A DNA stretch of 64,000 bases from IMG/VR virus record IMGVR_UViG_3300031949_000019. One strand, 5' to 3'. Under the pieces are notes generated by a model. It had not been told where the DNA came from. It worked only from the letters and a program-made list of their open reading frames with translations, and searched no databases. Shown piece after piece: positions 43,515 through 52,721 of this stretch (position 1 is its first letter; every line of letters starts with the position of its first letter). Origin of the DNA: a virus. A program made the translations under genes and the position numbers.

Positions 43515-44272
43515 CCTGAGTTCATCGTGGGGTCGTAACGATTGTAAATTCTTGGGCCTGAGAAATTCAGCGCGGCCGCTTCGAACTGGCGCGAAAGTTC
43601 CCCTTCCTCTGCGCTCAGACTTACAGCCAGATCGCGACGCCGTTCAGCGTTGTACGCTCGCCCTTCCTTGGTTGTTGGATCATTCCATTCAGTTTGCCAT
43701 ACTAGAGCGATGGCACTACGCACTTCGATTAGATCGCAGTCTTCACCCCACGCTGGCGAGCTTGCTAACGCAGCATCGTATGTGTTCAGGGAATTCTGAA
43801 GGTATTTCACCTTGTAGGACGCTTGATACATCGGAGTTGGTTGAAACTCGATGTATGGCGTGTTATCGCGCCAGTAGAATGCACAACGCTGGGCTGTACA
43901 AAAACTTCCATCACCGGGCAGATAGCCATACGCTGCGAGATTATTTGGCAGTCCCCAGTTGTAGGGCATATTCTGTGGCAGAAAGAATGGAATTAGTCGC
44001 GCAATCCAAGTGGGCAATGTCGGAGCATAGGAAATAACCGCCAAGGGAGTTCCAAAGTCTGTTTCATTGATCGTGTAAACCGAAAGATTTGGCTGGACGC
44101 TCACTACCAGATCGTTGAAGTTCCACGGGAGCGAAGTGTTGTGCTTGTGACGAAGTACGGTCCTTGTCTGAGTGCAGACCTGATTGAGAAGTTGGGAGTA
44201 GCCTGGGCGATTCGCGCGCGGATCACCCAATCGCAAGGCCACGTTGTCCATCATCTCAGTTATGCTGGGCAC
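43511..44272 (-). CDS. putative head-tail adaptor / head completion protein
   Basis: Helical N-terminus (ITEMMDNVALRLGD), beta middle, helical C-terminus as in adaptor proteins. Confidence 0.55.
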   Translation of the reverse strand: MPSITEMMDNVALRLGDPRANRPGYSQLLNQVCTQTRTVLRHKHNTSLPWNFNDLVVSVQPNLSVYTINETDFGTPLAVISYAPTLPTWIARLIPFFLPQNMPYNWGLPNNLAAYGYLPGDGSFCTAQRCAFYWRDNTPYIEFQPTPMYQASYKVKYLQNSLNTYDAALASSPAWGEDCDLIEVRSAIALVWQTEWNDPTTKEGRAYNAERRRDLAVSLSAEEGELSRQFEAAALNFSGPRIYNRYDPTMNSG

Positions 44273-44443
44273 TTAATGCGTCTCCCAATACCTTACGAAA
44301 TACTGAATTACTGCTTCCTTCCCGTCGATTTTTACCCACAGGGGATCAAGTTTAATACGTCCCTGTTCCACATATTTTCTAACGGTGTGATCTGCGCCGT
44401 TGACAGCTAGACTAAGCCTGAATCTTAACCAAGAATATGTCAC
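44273..44443 (-). CDS. 56-aa cargo ORF
   Basis: GTG start behind the AAGGAG carried by the duplicated gene end; MTYSWLRF...YWETH*. Confidence 0.5.
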   Translation of the reverse strand: MTYSWLRFRLSLAVNGADHTVRKYVEQGRIKLDPLWVKIDGKEAVIQYFVRYWETH

Positions 44444-44448
44444 GGCAA

Positions 44449-44598
44449 TTACTCTCCTTGCTGCGCAGCCTGTGCTTCGCGCTCGCGTTTGGCTTTTGTA
44501 CAAACGGTATTTAAGGCTTGGGCATAGCCGGGGCGATTCGCGCGCGAATCGCCCAATCGCAAGGCCACGTTGTCCATCATTTCAGTGATAGTTGGCAT
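44449..44598 (-). pseudogene. 49-aa chimeric mini-ORF: adaptor-gene start fused in frame to end of 45319-46569
   Basis: MPTITEMMDNVALRLGDSRANRPGYAQALNTVCT-KAKREREAQAAQQGE*; 44449-44499 matches 45319-45369 at 49/51 nt. Confidence 0.85.
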
Positions 44599-44604
44599 TT
44601 AGAT

Positions 44605-44817
44605 TCACCAGCGAATCATAAGACCTCCAATTGGCTGGACATCACACTCGAAACCACGCCGTTGAAGTTCGTTGACCACGCCTTCCTGAACCGCCAGGAC
44701 TCGGCAACTATTTAAGGTGCGTGCGCACCCGGCTATCAATCTTAAAGTTTCTTCAAGAGAGCATATAGGGGGTTCGTACAACTCTCGTGCTTTGGCCGCC
44801 GTCATATCCTCTAACAT
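44605..44817 (-). CDS. hypothetical cargo protein
   Basis: 70 aa, AAAGGAGG RBS. Confidence 0.65.
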   Translation of the reverse strand: MLEDMTAAKARELYEPPICSLEETLRLIAGCARTLNSCRVLAVQEGVVNELQRRGFECDVQPIGGLMIRW

Positions 44818-44932
44818 TGTCCCCTCCTTTCAAGATAGGCCGCGTCTCCGGCTTTTACGGAGTAGCGGGATGTGTAAATCAAAAAAGCGTCCACCCTTCG
44901 GTTCTGTCCAAAACGCCCTCCGACACGATTCG

Positions 44933-45319
44933 TTACCTACTCGCCATCCCGCACGACTGCTCGTCACGGCCCGCAAACATTTTCAACCGACGTTGGTGTA
45001 TCGGCGTTCGGAATTGAAATCCCATTGAACCCTGAGCGCGGATCGTCATACAGCAATTACCCGGCTCACTCCCACACGTCGGGCACTTCGTTGTTGCCAC
45101 TACCTGATCGTCGGCAATTATCACTTCAGGTTTGGGTGCGGGAGAGGCAAGCACATCGTCGCGCGTCCACGGAACATCGTTAGCTCTTAGCCATTCCGTG
45201 ACCAGTTTTATCACATCTTCCGCGCACGTTACCTTTGTATCACGCGAGGCCGCACGGCCAAGTTCAATAGAGAGAATCGTGCGAGTCACGCCGCCATGCT
45301 CAAATAGCCCGATCTTCAT
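44933..45319 (-). CDS. hypothetical cargo protein with CPTCG zinc ribbon
   Basis: Start MKIGLFE overlapping upstream TAA (TAATG); CPTCGSEPG..C...H. Confidence 0.65.
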   Translation of the reverse strand: MKIGLFEHGGVTRTILSIELGRAASRDTKVTCAEDVIKLVTEWLRANDVPWTRDDVLASPAPKPEVIIADDQVVATTKCPTCGSEPGNCCMTIRAQGSMGFQFRTPIHQRRLKMFAGRDEQSCGMASR

Positions 45320-46569
45320 TACTCTCCTTGCTGTGCAGCCTGTGCTTCGCGCTCGCGCTTGGCTTTTGTGGCCCAATGCTCCTTTGCTGGAATCACTGGA
45401 TTAGGTAACGGATCATCAATCACCGGGATTTCACCGGCCATGAACGCCCCACTTGCCCCGCTCGCTCCTGACGCACCGGATGCGCCTGACGCTCCGGCTT
45501 GGCCGGGAGCACCTGTCTCAGCCTTCATCGTGTCTTCGTCGATTTGCACTCCAGTCGCGGTGCGGTTGTCAAACACTGGCTCCAACACCGCTGCGGCGCG
45601 GCGGTCGGCTTCGATACGTGCTTGTTTTTCCTCGATTGTCGTTTGCATCCATGCCTTGAACATCTCGCGGAGTTCCGGATCAGTTCCCGCACTTGCAGCC
45701 TTCTGAATCTCGCGATCCTGTCGCGCCATGCCCAGCTGTTCGAGTAATACAAGGTCGGTCGCGGTATAGCGCGGAATGTAGCCTTGTGTCTTTGAACCGA
45801 TCTCTCTCATTTTTGCGTGAGAGTTTTGAATAGTTGCTGAGGCGTAGTCGCGAAATGCCGTGAACGATTCCATGAACTTGTCTACGATTCCCCGGATCAT
45901 CGTGTGAGCAGTGGCATCATCAAGCAACTGTCCGATGTCATCGAGCAGAACCGGGACAAACGGGTACTGCGGGAAGATCGTTCGCTGGATTTCCCAGACG
46001 GTTGGGTCAACGTCAACCCTCAATCCTCCGCCTACGTCTATCGAGCGAGGAACGTAATTCTGAGCTTTCAGGTCTGAGAGTTCAACGATGCCAAGCCGTG
46101 TGTTCTCCATGATGTTGTGATGGTCGAGAATCCAGCGGATTTGGTCGCCGGGATAAGCGAGTTTACCCATCATGCTGCCCACCGGGGAAGGTGTGGTGCT
46201 GATTCCTGTACCGCGCGCCGGAGGTAACATGGGCGGAACATAGCCGGGAGGTATCGGTGTTGGGAAATAACTGCCATCACCCTCACTGGCTTTCTTTACC
46301 CAGTCTGCCGGTCGTGGATCGTGGGTATCCTTCAGGAGTGGAGTAATGCGCCCTTTACGCAGGAAGTTCTTCACGTAGCGAAGGCAGGGATTTGTGACTT
46401 CCAGCCCTCCCGCTTTTGTCCACGGGCGATCTGAAGCCGTTTGCGGATCGATTAAACTCCCGACAAACGTCAGATAGCGTGGTGCCTCGTTGTCGAGGTT
46501 GGATTGAGGTGGCTCAAATATCCGGCCCTCAGTTGCAATACCTTCAGAAACTTCCATTACTTGACTCAC
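45319..46569 (-). CDS. conserved head-region hypothetical protein with short GASGASG tract
   Basis: 416 aa in capsid operon. Confidence 0.75.
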   Translation of the reverse strand: MSQVMEVSEGIATEGRIFEPPQSNLDNEAPRYLTFVGSLIDPQTASDRPWTKAGGLEVTNPCLRYVKNFLRKGRITPLLKDTHDPRPADWVKKASEGDGSYFPTPIPPGYVPPMLPPARGTGISTTPSPVGSMMGKLAYPGDQIRWILDHHNIMENTRLGIVELSDLKAQNYVPRSIDVGGGLRVDVDPTVWEIQRTIFPQYPFVPVLLDDIGQLLDDATAHTMIRGIVDKFMESFTAFRDYASATIQNSHAKMREIGSKTQGYIPRYTATDLVLLEQLGMARQDREIQKAASAGTDPELREMFKAWMQTTIEEKQARIEADRRAAAVLEPVFDNRTATGVQIDEDTMKAETGAPGQAGASGASGASGASGASGAFMAGEIPVIDDPLPNPVIPAKEHWATKAKREREAQAAQQGE

Positions 46570-46868
46570 GAATTATCTCCTTTGTTGTCGCTAAAACTGG
46601 CTGTTAACCGTGGAATCGCGTTAATGGACACACGGCGCAAATGGATGTCTATATTTTCGCGCCCCGGCACATTGCTCATTAGCTCAATCAGCATGTTGAG
46701 GCTTGACTGAGTAAGGCAGGCTCCTGCAAAATCCATCTCGACACTTGGGTTCCTGATCGTAGCCCACGCGAACTCTTTGTTAAGTTGCTCTCGCCTGCGA
46801 AGGTAGTGTTTCAAATAGAACGCAGGCGTCCTAAATCTTGGAAACCATTCTTGAAAAGTCGCAATCAT
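46566..46868 (-). CDS. hypothetical protein
   Basis: 100 aa, AAGGAG RBS. Confidence 0.6.
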   Translation of the reverse strand: MIATFQEWFPRFRTPAFYLKHYLRRREQLNKEFAWATIRNPSVEMDFAGACLTQSSLNMLIELMSNVPGRENIDIHLRRVSINAIPRLTASFSDNKGDNS

Positions 46869-46880
46869 TTCACTCCTTTA

Positions 46881-47648
46881 CTAGTTCAAAAGATACAAGC
46901 CTGATTCGGTCCTTCGAAGTCCACTTGTTGTCACTGGCTTTCTGGCCCAGAACTCGGCCATCTGCCGCGTGAAATCATCAACGTCCGCTACTTGCCGATC
47001 TGCTCGATACTGTTGCGCGTTCACCGCATCTCGTTGCGCTTGCGGGGCACTGAAAAACCTAATGTCGCGTGTCGGCTGAACGTCCGTGTCATTTCGCGCC
47101 TCGTATACCGTTTTGCGAACCCAGTCCAACAGCCTCTCATTCGGATCGAGATACTTACCCCAACAATGCGCGTATTGCTCGCCGCACTCACAAGTATCAC
47201 CATTACAGGGACAACACTCGCCATCGTGATAACTGTGCGCTCGGAGTTCGATGTAGCGTTCAGATGGACATGGGCCTTTCCAGTCCCAAACTGTCCCGTC
47301 ATAAACGCTGTACCGGCCCATCTCCCATGTCGATGCGTACTGCTCTGGCTCAAGCCGTTCCAGCAGCACCCAGCGAGGAGCAGCTACCTTTTCTCCGTTG
47401 GCATCGTTACCGTATACAAAGATCGGAAGTGTGTATCCAATCGGATCTTCGGTCATCCGGTGCGGATACCACCGTAGTTCATCCGGCGCCCACGCAAGTT
47501 TGATTAACGGTCGCTCATCGCGTGTTCCGGTAATGCTGTCAATGCGCTTCTGAAACGCTGTTGCGTCCAGCCGAGAATAGCTGGCAGGTGGCCCCATTCG
47601 CGGCGACCACCTACTAGCATTATCCAAAGAGTCGTCAAGCTCGCTCAT
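46881..47648 (-). CDS. hypothetical protein with Cys/His cluster
   Basis: Start set at MSELDD (TAATG overlap); H..ECCPC...CECG...HCWG. Confidence 0.7.
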   Translation of the reverse strand: MSELDDSLDNASRWSPRMGPPASYSRLDATAFQKRIDSITGTRDERPLIKLAWAPDELRWYPHRMTEDPIGYTLPIFVYGNDANGEKVAAPRWVLLERLEPEQYASTWEMGRYSVYDGTVWDWKGPCPSERYIELRAHSYHDGECCPCNGDTCECGEQYAHCWGKYLDPNERLLDWVRKTVYEARNDTDVQPTRDIRFFSAPQAQRDAVNAQQYRADRQVADVDDFTRQMAEFWARKPVTTSGLRRTESGLYLLN

Positions 47649-47896
47649 TAGGCGTAACCGAAAATCCGAGCCATTGATACGCCTGTAAACGCGGCACTCG
47701 TCAGCGTCACTACTTGCCCGCTGATTGAATACTCGCCTGCCCACAGCACCCGCTGTGGCTGCTTGACGAATTTGGTTGTGTAAGCCCCTGTCGTACCAGC
47801 CGTGCCAGTAACTAACACGTCCTCGAAAATCAGACCGCTATCGTCTGGTGATGGGCCACCCAGAGGGGTTGCTAAAGCTATTGCGTGATCTGCCAT
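47648..47896 (-). CDS. putative capsid decoration protein
   Basis: Small beta-rich protein directly after the capsid gene; GGAGG RBS. Confidence 0.5.
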   Translation of the reverse strand: MADHAIALATPLGGPSPDDSGLIFEDVLVTGTAGTTGAYTTKFVKQPQRVLWAGEYSISGQVVTLTSAAFTGVSMARIFGYA

Positions 47897-47911
47897 TTCG
47901 ACCTCCAAGTT

Positions 47912-47988
47912 TGCTATAATGCAAAGCGAGCGAGAGAAAAGTTCAAGGCTTCTCTCCCGCTCTAAACACCGAATCCCAGATTAAGGAG
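47912..47988 (+). promoter_or_regulatory. extended -10 promoter, hairpin and RBS of HNH gene
   Basis: TG-c-TATAAT (47912-47920), GAGCGAGAGAA/TTCTCTCCCGCTC stem around AAGTTCAAGGC, AAGGAG 47983-47988. Confidence 0.75.
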
Positions 47989-47995
47989 ATATTCG

Positions 47996-48682
47996 ATGCC
48001 TGAGCTGAATCTTACCATCCTGTCAAAACTTCGTCGCCCAACTTCTAAACACGTCAAACGAGTTAGCCTTGCGAGGCAAAAGTTTCATCGTCTTACTGTG
48101 TTCGGTCTTATGGGCTATCACGTTAAGACCCTCCATCCGTACTGGCTCTGCCGATGCAGATGCGGCAACTGGAGCATCGTGCTCGGCCAGAAACTAAAGA
48201 ACGGTAAAACCAAGTCTTGCGGCTGCTACAAGGATGAAAACACAGGCAACAGAAACCGCACTCATGGTATGTCAAAGACCTTGGCGTATAGCCGATGGTC
48301 GGACATGCACAGTCGCTGCTACAACGCTAAAGTAAAACATTTCCCCGATTACGGTGGTCGCGGAATCACTATCGAAACCCGATGGCACAGTTTTGAAAAT
48401 TTCTATGCCGACATGAACGAGCCACCTAATCCGTCCTACGAAATAGAGCGCAGAAACAACGATGGAAACTACGGCCCTGCTAACTGTTATTGGGCTACCA
48501 AAAAGCAGCAGGCTCGAAACAAGCGCGGTACTCGATGGATTACCATTAACGGCATTACAAAATGCATGGCCGAATGGTTAGATTCCTCCAGCGTCAAGCA
48601 ACCCGTCGCTTGGAAGCGCCTAGATCGTGGCTGGACGCCGGAGGAAGCCCTTGGTTTCAAAGAACGTGTAAACCGTTCGTGA
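47996..48682 (+). CDS. free-standing HNH-type homing endonuclease, antisense in capsid operon
   Basis: WLCRCRCG...KSCGC...HGMS...RC...YGGRGI...W..FENF..DM...IERRNNDGNY.P.NC.WAT..QQARN family signature. Confidence 0.92.
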   Translation: MPELNLTILSKLRRPTSKHVKRVSLARQKFHRLTVFGLMGYHVKTLHPYWLCRCRCGNWSIVLGQKLKNGKTKSCGCYKDENTGNRNRTHGMSKTLAYSRWSDMHSRCYNAKVKHFPDYGGRGITIETRWHSFENFYADMNEPPNPSYEIERRNNDGNYGPANCYWATKKQQARNKRGTRWITINGITKCMAEWLDSSSVKQPVAWKRLDRGWTPEEALGFKERVNRS

Positions 48683-48697
48683 TAAACGGGTTACGGG

Positions 48698-49984
48698 TTA
48701 ATTCCCAGCGCCCGTGCTGACCTGGGTAATAATCCCGGAAAGCGATGCCCGCTTGCAGGTGCTTGCCGCCAGCGTGTTATCAATCGCCAACGTCCAAGAA
48801 GTTCCAAAAAACCTGTAGAAGTTGCGCGATCCGGTTGCGTTCACACCCGGCAGGTTTCTCCACTGAAGATCGTCAGGAGCAATGTCTCCAAACGGGAGTT
48901 CAGTGTGCTTCTGGAGATTCTGTTGGAACATCGTTACCCGATCTTCATCGAAGTTTGCGATCTCCATTGTGCGGGTTCCCCCGCTATCCTTGTAGATTGG
49001 GGAAATACCCACAACCGCATCGTCTCCCTGAGTGCGATGGAAACCGTAGCCCTGTTTACGAATGTCAGACATCAGACCGGGAGTAGTGATCATGGTTAGA
49101 CCGCTACGCGCGCCTTTGTCCAAGTTCAAAACCACAAGCATGGTTCTAATCGTTTCCAAGTCAGAAACGGTGAACTTGTTGCCGTTCAAATCAATGGTCG
49201 GGCAATTAAGGATCGTGTCAACAGCCGTATCACGCCCTTGCATGATGCGATTCGTGTCGTCGATCAGTCCGGTGATACCCATTGGCACGGCGTTGTAGGA
49301 ACCAACGTCAGTGATAATGTTTCCCGAAGTGATCACGCCGGAAAGCAATGTGATCGTTGCTGTCGTCTTGTTGTTAGACGAGGTGACGAGGAATGTGCCT
49401 TCAGGCAGTCCAGATGCCCAACTCTGGTAATACTGGTTCTGCTTCAGTCTAACCGCGCCTTTGGTGTGACCAGGATCGGCTGCCGCTGCGGTTGAGCAGG
49501 TTAGTGTCAGCCCCGCGCCAACAACAGCATGGCTGCTCGCCGCGTAAGCAAGTCCTCCATTGCCAGGACCGCAAGCGTAGAATTCCTGACGTTGTGCGGC
49601 TGCATCCGTGGTTTCGCGAATGATTCTCTGAGCAGAGAACATCGCATTGGCTTTCTTCGGTCCCTTGGCGCCGCCGGCGTCAAGAAGCAGAAGATAGTCA
49701 ATCTCAAGTGGGATGGTGTAGAGCTGGGGAACCGCAAACATGGAATCAGATTGCGGGGGAATGGCGCGGTTGTTGTCCGGCTGTGAAAGGGTCGGGTTGC
49801 CGTGACCGCCGGCCTGGGTTTTCATAAAGTACATTCTGACGCCGCGCTGCGAAACTACCTCTGCGGAAGTGATCTCATCGATCGCGTTCCAGAGCGGGGC
49901 TTTCAGAACGTACCAGTCTTTTGCTTCGATTAACTGCTGGGAATAGAAGTCCAGCCAGTTAGTTACAGTCTCAACTTCTGGCAT
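48698..49984 (-). CDS. major capsid protein
   Basis: 428 aa after scaffold-like gene, AAGGAG RBS, HK97-like size and layout. Confidence 0.7.
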   Translation of the reverse strand: MPEVETVTNWLDFYSQQLIEAKDWYVLKAPLWNAIDEITSAEVVSQRGVRMYFMKTQAGGHGNPTLSQPDNNRAIPPQSDSMFAVPQLYTIPLEIDYLLLLDAGGAKGPKKANAMFSAQRIIRETTDAAAQRQEFYACGPGNGGLAYAASSHAVVGAGLTLTCSTAAAADPGHTKGAVRLKQNQYYQSWASGLPEGTFLVTSSNNKTTATITLLSGVITSGNIITDVGSYNAVPMGITGLIDDTNRIMQGRDTAVDTILNCPTIDLNGNKFTVSDLETIRTMLVVLNLDKGARSGLTMITTPGLMSDIRKQGYGFHRTQGDDAVVGISPIYKDSGGTRTMEIANFDEDRVTMFQQNLQKHTELPFGDIAPDDLQWRNLPGVNATGSRNFYRFFGTSWTLAIDNTLAASTCKRASLSGIITQVSTGAGN

Positions 49985-49999
49985 ATTAGCTCCTTAGCC

Positions 50000-51562
50000 T
50001 TAGTAGGCTTGTCGCTCAATGGCGCTGCGATCCCATATTTCACTGGGTTGTCGAGCGGGCCGTTGAGTGGCTTCCCTAGTCGGGTCGAAAGCTGATCCAG
50101 TTATCGAGGGTCTGACTGAGGGGGTGCCGTTCAAGGTTGCATTGTAGTTGCCAGCTTTCATCTCAAAATACTTACTCATCAACTCAAACAGCGGCTTGGA
50201 GATAATGTTAGCAAAGCCCTTCATGTCTTTCATCGCCCTAGTGGCATTGGACTGTGGGGTCCCTATGTCGGCACGAGGCTGTGCGTTTTCGTTTCCATTT
50301 GGCTGTTGTGCTGAATAGTTCAGTTCGCCGTACATTCGAGCGTTGTTGGCATATTCAATGCGAGCCTTGTCGTATTTCTGAAGCATTTGGTCGTCTACTC
50401 CAACCGACTTCAAAAACGGCTCCATCATCCAGCGTGTGTCTGGATGCGAGATCGCCGCCGTGATAGCGGCGATCATCTTGCCAACTCCCGTGTTTATTTG
50501 TTCGGCTTGCTGGTTGTATTGTTGCAAGACCTGCGGCTCCATTTGCCTTGCGGCATCGGATTGCGGGTCGAGCGGCTGGATGAACTTGCTTCTTTCTACA
50601 ATAGATTTTTCGAACTCGGTCATTGCCTGTCGAAAACCCTGCTCGACATACTGATTGCCAGCCTGCTCAGCTTGTTGTCGCTGATATTGCTGGCGCACTT
50701 GTTCCTGTCGAGTCTCGCGCTCCTGAGCAACACGATTCTGCTCCATTAGGCTCTGCTGAAATTGTTCTTTCTTCAGATAGTTCCTAATAAAGTCAGGGTC
50801 GTTTAGTTTCAGGGATTCGGCTTCATCGTAGGGCAGTTTCTTATAGACTTCCTGCAAGGCCAATTCTTCTGTCGTTGGTTTGCTGGGGTCTCGTAAAATT
50901 GCCTCAAGGTCTTCGGCAGAGCGTTGCCAAGTAGGTGCAATCGAACTCGGCTCAACCCCTCCCAGTATTTTTAGAGCTTTCGCACGCTCTACCGGATCAT
51001 CCCGCATACCTTCCAAAGCTACATCTATTCGTGGAACCATTTGGCCCGTTTCAGGATGTTGCGTTAGTCCTTCAGCCATATCGGCCCAAAGGAAATTGGC
51101 ATGTTGGGGATATTTTTCGGTTAGATACTGAGCAGCACTTTCGGTAGAAGGTACGAGCTGATTTCGATCATCTCGACTCCAACCGAAAAGTTTGTCCTTC
51201 AAATCAACGATTTCCTGAACTTCTTCCGGCGAGCTGAAGCGATCCGCGTAGTTCGCAAATTTGGAATAGTTCTGGGTAAGTTCGTCGAGCTGGGGTTTTA
51301 CCTTGTCATACACACCGCGCAAATTAACAAACGCTTCCTTGGATACCGTGTCGCCTGTGATTTCCTCGATTGAGGGAATACCAGCAAGCGGATCGGCTTC
51401 TTGGGTTGTTTGTTGACTTGCGCCTTCTTGAATCGGCGGAGTGGTTGTTACGTTGTCCGACGAGCTTGACTCCGTACCTTGTGTCGATGGCGAATCGACC
51501 GCTGTGGAAGCGCCAGCGTCAGGCATCGCGCTGGGTACGCCTATAGAGGCTTGGTCTTGCAC
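50000..51562 (-). CDS. putative capsid scaffolding protein
   Basis: 520 aa, disordered acidic N-terminus, Q-rich coiled coil, directly upstream of capsid. Confidence 0.6.
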   Translation of the reverse strand: MQDQASIGVPSAMPDAGASTAVDSPSTQGTESSSSDNVTTTPPIQEGASQQTTQEADPLAGIPSIEEITGDTVSKEAFVNLRGVYDKVKPQLDELTQNYSKFANYADRFSSPEEVQEIVDLKDKLFGWSRDDRNQLVPSTESAAQYLTEKYPQHANFLWADMAEGLTQHPETGQMVPRIDVALEGMRDDPVERAKALKILGGVEPSSIAPTWQRSAEDLEAILRDPSKPTTEELALQEVYKKLPYDEAESLKLNDPDFIRNYLKKEQFQQSLMEQNRVAQERETRQEQVRQQYQRQQAEQAGNQYVEQGFRQAMTEFEKSIVERSKFIQPLDPQSDAARQMEPQVLQQYNQQAEQINTGVGKMIAAITAAISHPDTRWMMEPFLKSVGVDDQMLQKYDKARIEYANNARMYGELNYSAQQPNGNENAQPRADIGTPQSNATRAMKDMKGFANIISKPLFELMSKYFEMKAGNYNATLNGTPSVRPSITGSAFDPTREATQRPARQPSEIWDRSAIERQAY

Positions 51563-51568
51563 GGCGGG

Positions 51569-51598
51569 AGTGTAGTCCCACTACTCAGCCGAATGCAA
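51569..51598 (-). promoter_or_regulatory. sigma70-type promoter, leaderless, for scaffold/capsid operon
   Basis: TTGCAT-18 nt-TACACT, GTG 6 nt downstream. Confidence 0.65.
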
Positions 51599-51637
51599 GC
51601 GAAATCGTGTCGAAGTGACGCGGAATAACGTGCGGCG

Positions 51638-51719
51638 TGTTAGAATGAGGCGAGTTAAAGCCCCTCCAGACTCTTGAGAAGCCTAGAGGGGCAACACAAC
51701 ATGAAGCCGTATTAAGGAG
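51638..51719 (+). promoter_or_regulatory. extended -10 promoter, hairpin and RBS of HNH gene
   Basis: TG-t-TAGAAT (51638-51646), GCCCCTC/GAGGGGC stem (51660-51692) with CTTGAGA in loop, AAGGAG 51714-51719. Confidence 0.72.
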
Positions 51720-51727
51720 ATCATGTC

Positions 51728-52258
51728 ATGTCTAACCCCTATCTTATCGTCTGTCCAATCTGCGAGACAACTTTTGAAAGTTTGCATTCCTTTCAAAAAT
51801 ATTGCAGTTCAATTTGCAGACATAAATCAATTAACCGTCGATACAAGGTACGGAATGGCATAACACGCGCTACATCATCTCGGAAGAAAAATCGTGCGAA
51901 GGGGTTGTGCCACTGTGGAAATGCTGTTTTAGCGGGGCGCGCTCGATGTGTGAAGTGTGCTGAACAAACCAAAACAATGCTCCGCATTTTGAGACAAAGC
52001 GTAATCAACGGCTACGGGAGACTGTGTGAGTGCTGCGGAGAAGATCAGTGTGAATTTTTAACCATTGATCACGTTAACAACGACGGAAAAGACGAACGAA
52101 AGAAATCGAACTTTGCCGCCGCGAGCCTGCATAGACAAATCAAAGCCGAGAACTTTCCTCCTCGCTATCGACTCCTTTGTTACAACTGCAATATTGGGCG
52201 ATACAAAAACGGCGGCGTCTGCCCTCACGAAGAAGCCCGATTGGCATTGGTGGCGTAG
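51728..52258 (+). CDS. free-standing HNH endonuclease, antisense
   Basis: CPIC...YCSSIC; CECCGE...FLTIDHVNNDG...RLLCYNCN. Confidence 0.88.
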   Translation: MSNPYLIVCPICETTFESLHSFQKYCSSICRHKSINRRYKVRNGITRATSSRKKNRAKGLCHCGNAVLAGRARCVKCAEQTKTMLRILRQSVINGYGRLCECCGEDQCEFLTIDHVNNDGKDERKKSNFAAASLHRQIKAENFPPRYRLLCYNCNIGRYKNGGVCPHEEARLALVA

Positions 52259-52320
52259 CGTGTGTCAGAATGTCAGAATGGGCCGAATTTTACCGCTGGG
52301 GGAACACGGAATAGCGCGGT

Positions 52321-52548
52321 CTATCTTAGCCGTTCGTAGACGCTTGGGACGTTCCGGTGCTTGGCGCATCGACTGACTTCGTACTTTTCGGTAACAGTCC
52401 CGTCCTTGTCCACCGAGACTCCGTGTGAGTCGTGGCAAGCGCAAGCGCGCACGAGCATCGCGGTAGGACGGACGGCGGGTTCCTTGCTTCTGCGTTCCAA
52501 GTCGGCGACCTGCAACCCAATCAGGGCAGCTACCGTTTTCTCGCTCAT
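52321..52548 (-). CDS. hypothetical protein
   Basis: Start set at MSEKTV after AAGGAG (ATGA overlap with upstream mini-ORF). Confidence 0.55.
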   Translation of the reverse strand: MSEKTVAALIGLQVADLERRSKEPAVRPTAMLVRACACHDSHGVSVDKDGTVTEKYEVSRCAKHRNVPSVYERLR

Positions 52549-52721
52549 AGGCTCCTTATCCAGTGTGAGAGTCGATTCAAAAGGCGACGCCAACGGGATG
52601 GATGCCGAATCAGATCGCCTTTATGGAAAGTGTAGTATGGACGCTCCCGCTCATATTGCCCGACGACTTCATCGACACATTGAGTTATGCGATCCATCAA
52701 GTTTTCTTTTATCTCAGCCAT
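52545..52721 (-). CDS. 58-aa hypothetical protein (below ORF-track cutoff)
   Basis: MAEIKENL...SHWIRSL*, GGAGG RBS, coupled both sides. Confidence 0.5.
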   Translation of the reverse strand: MAEIKENLMDRITQCVDEVVGQYERERPYYTFHKGDLIRHPSRWRRLLNRLSHWIRSL

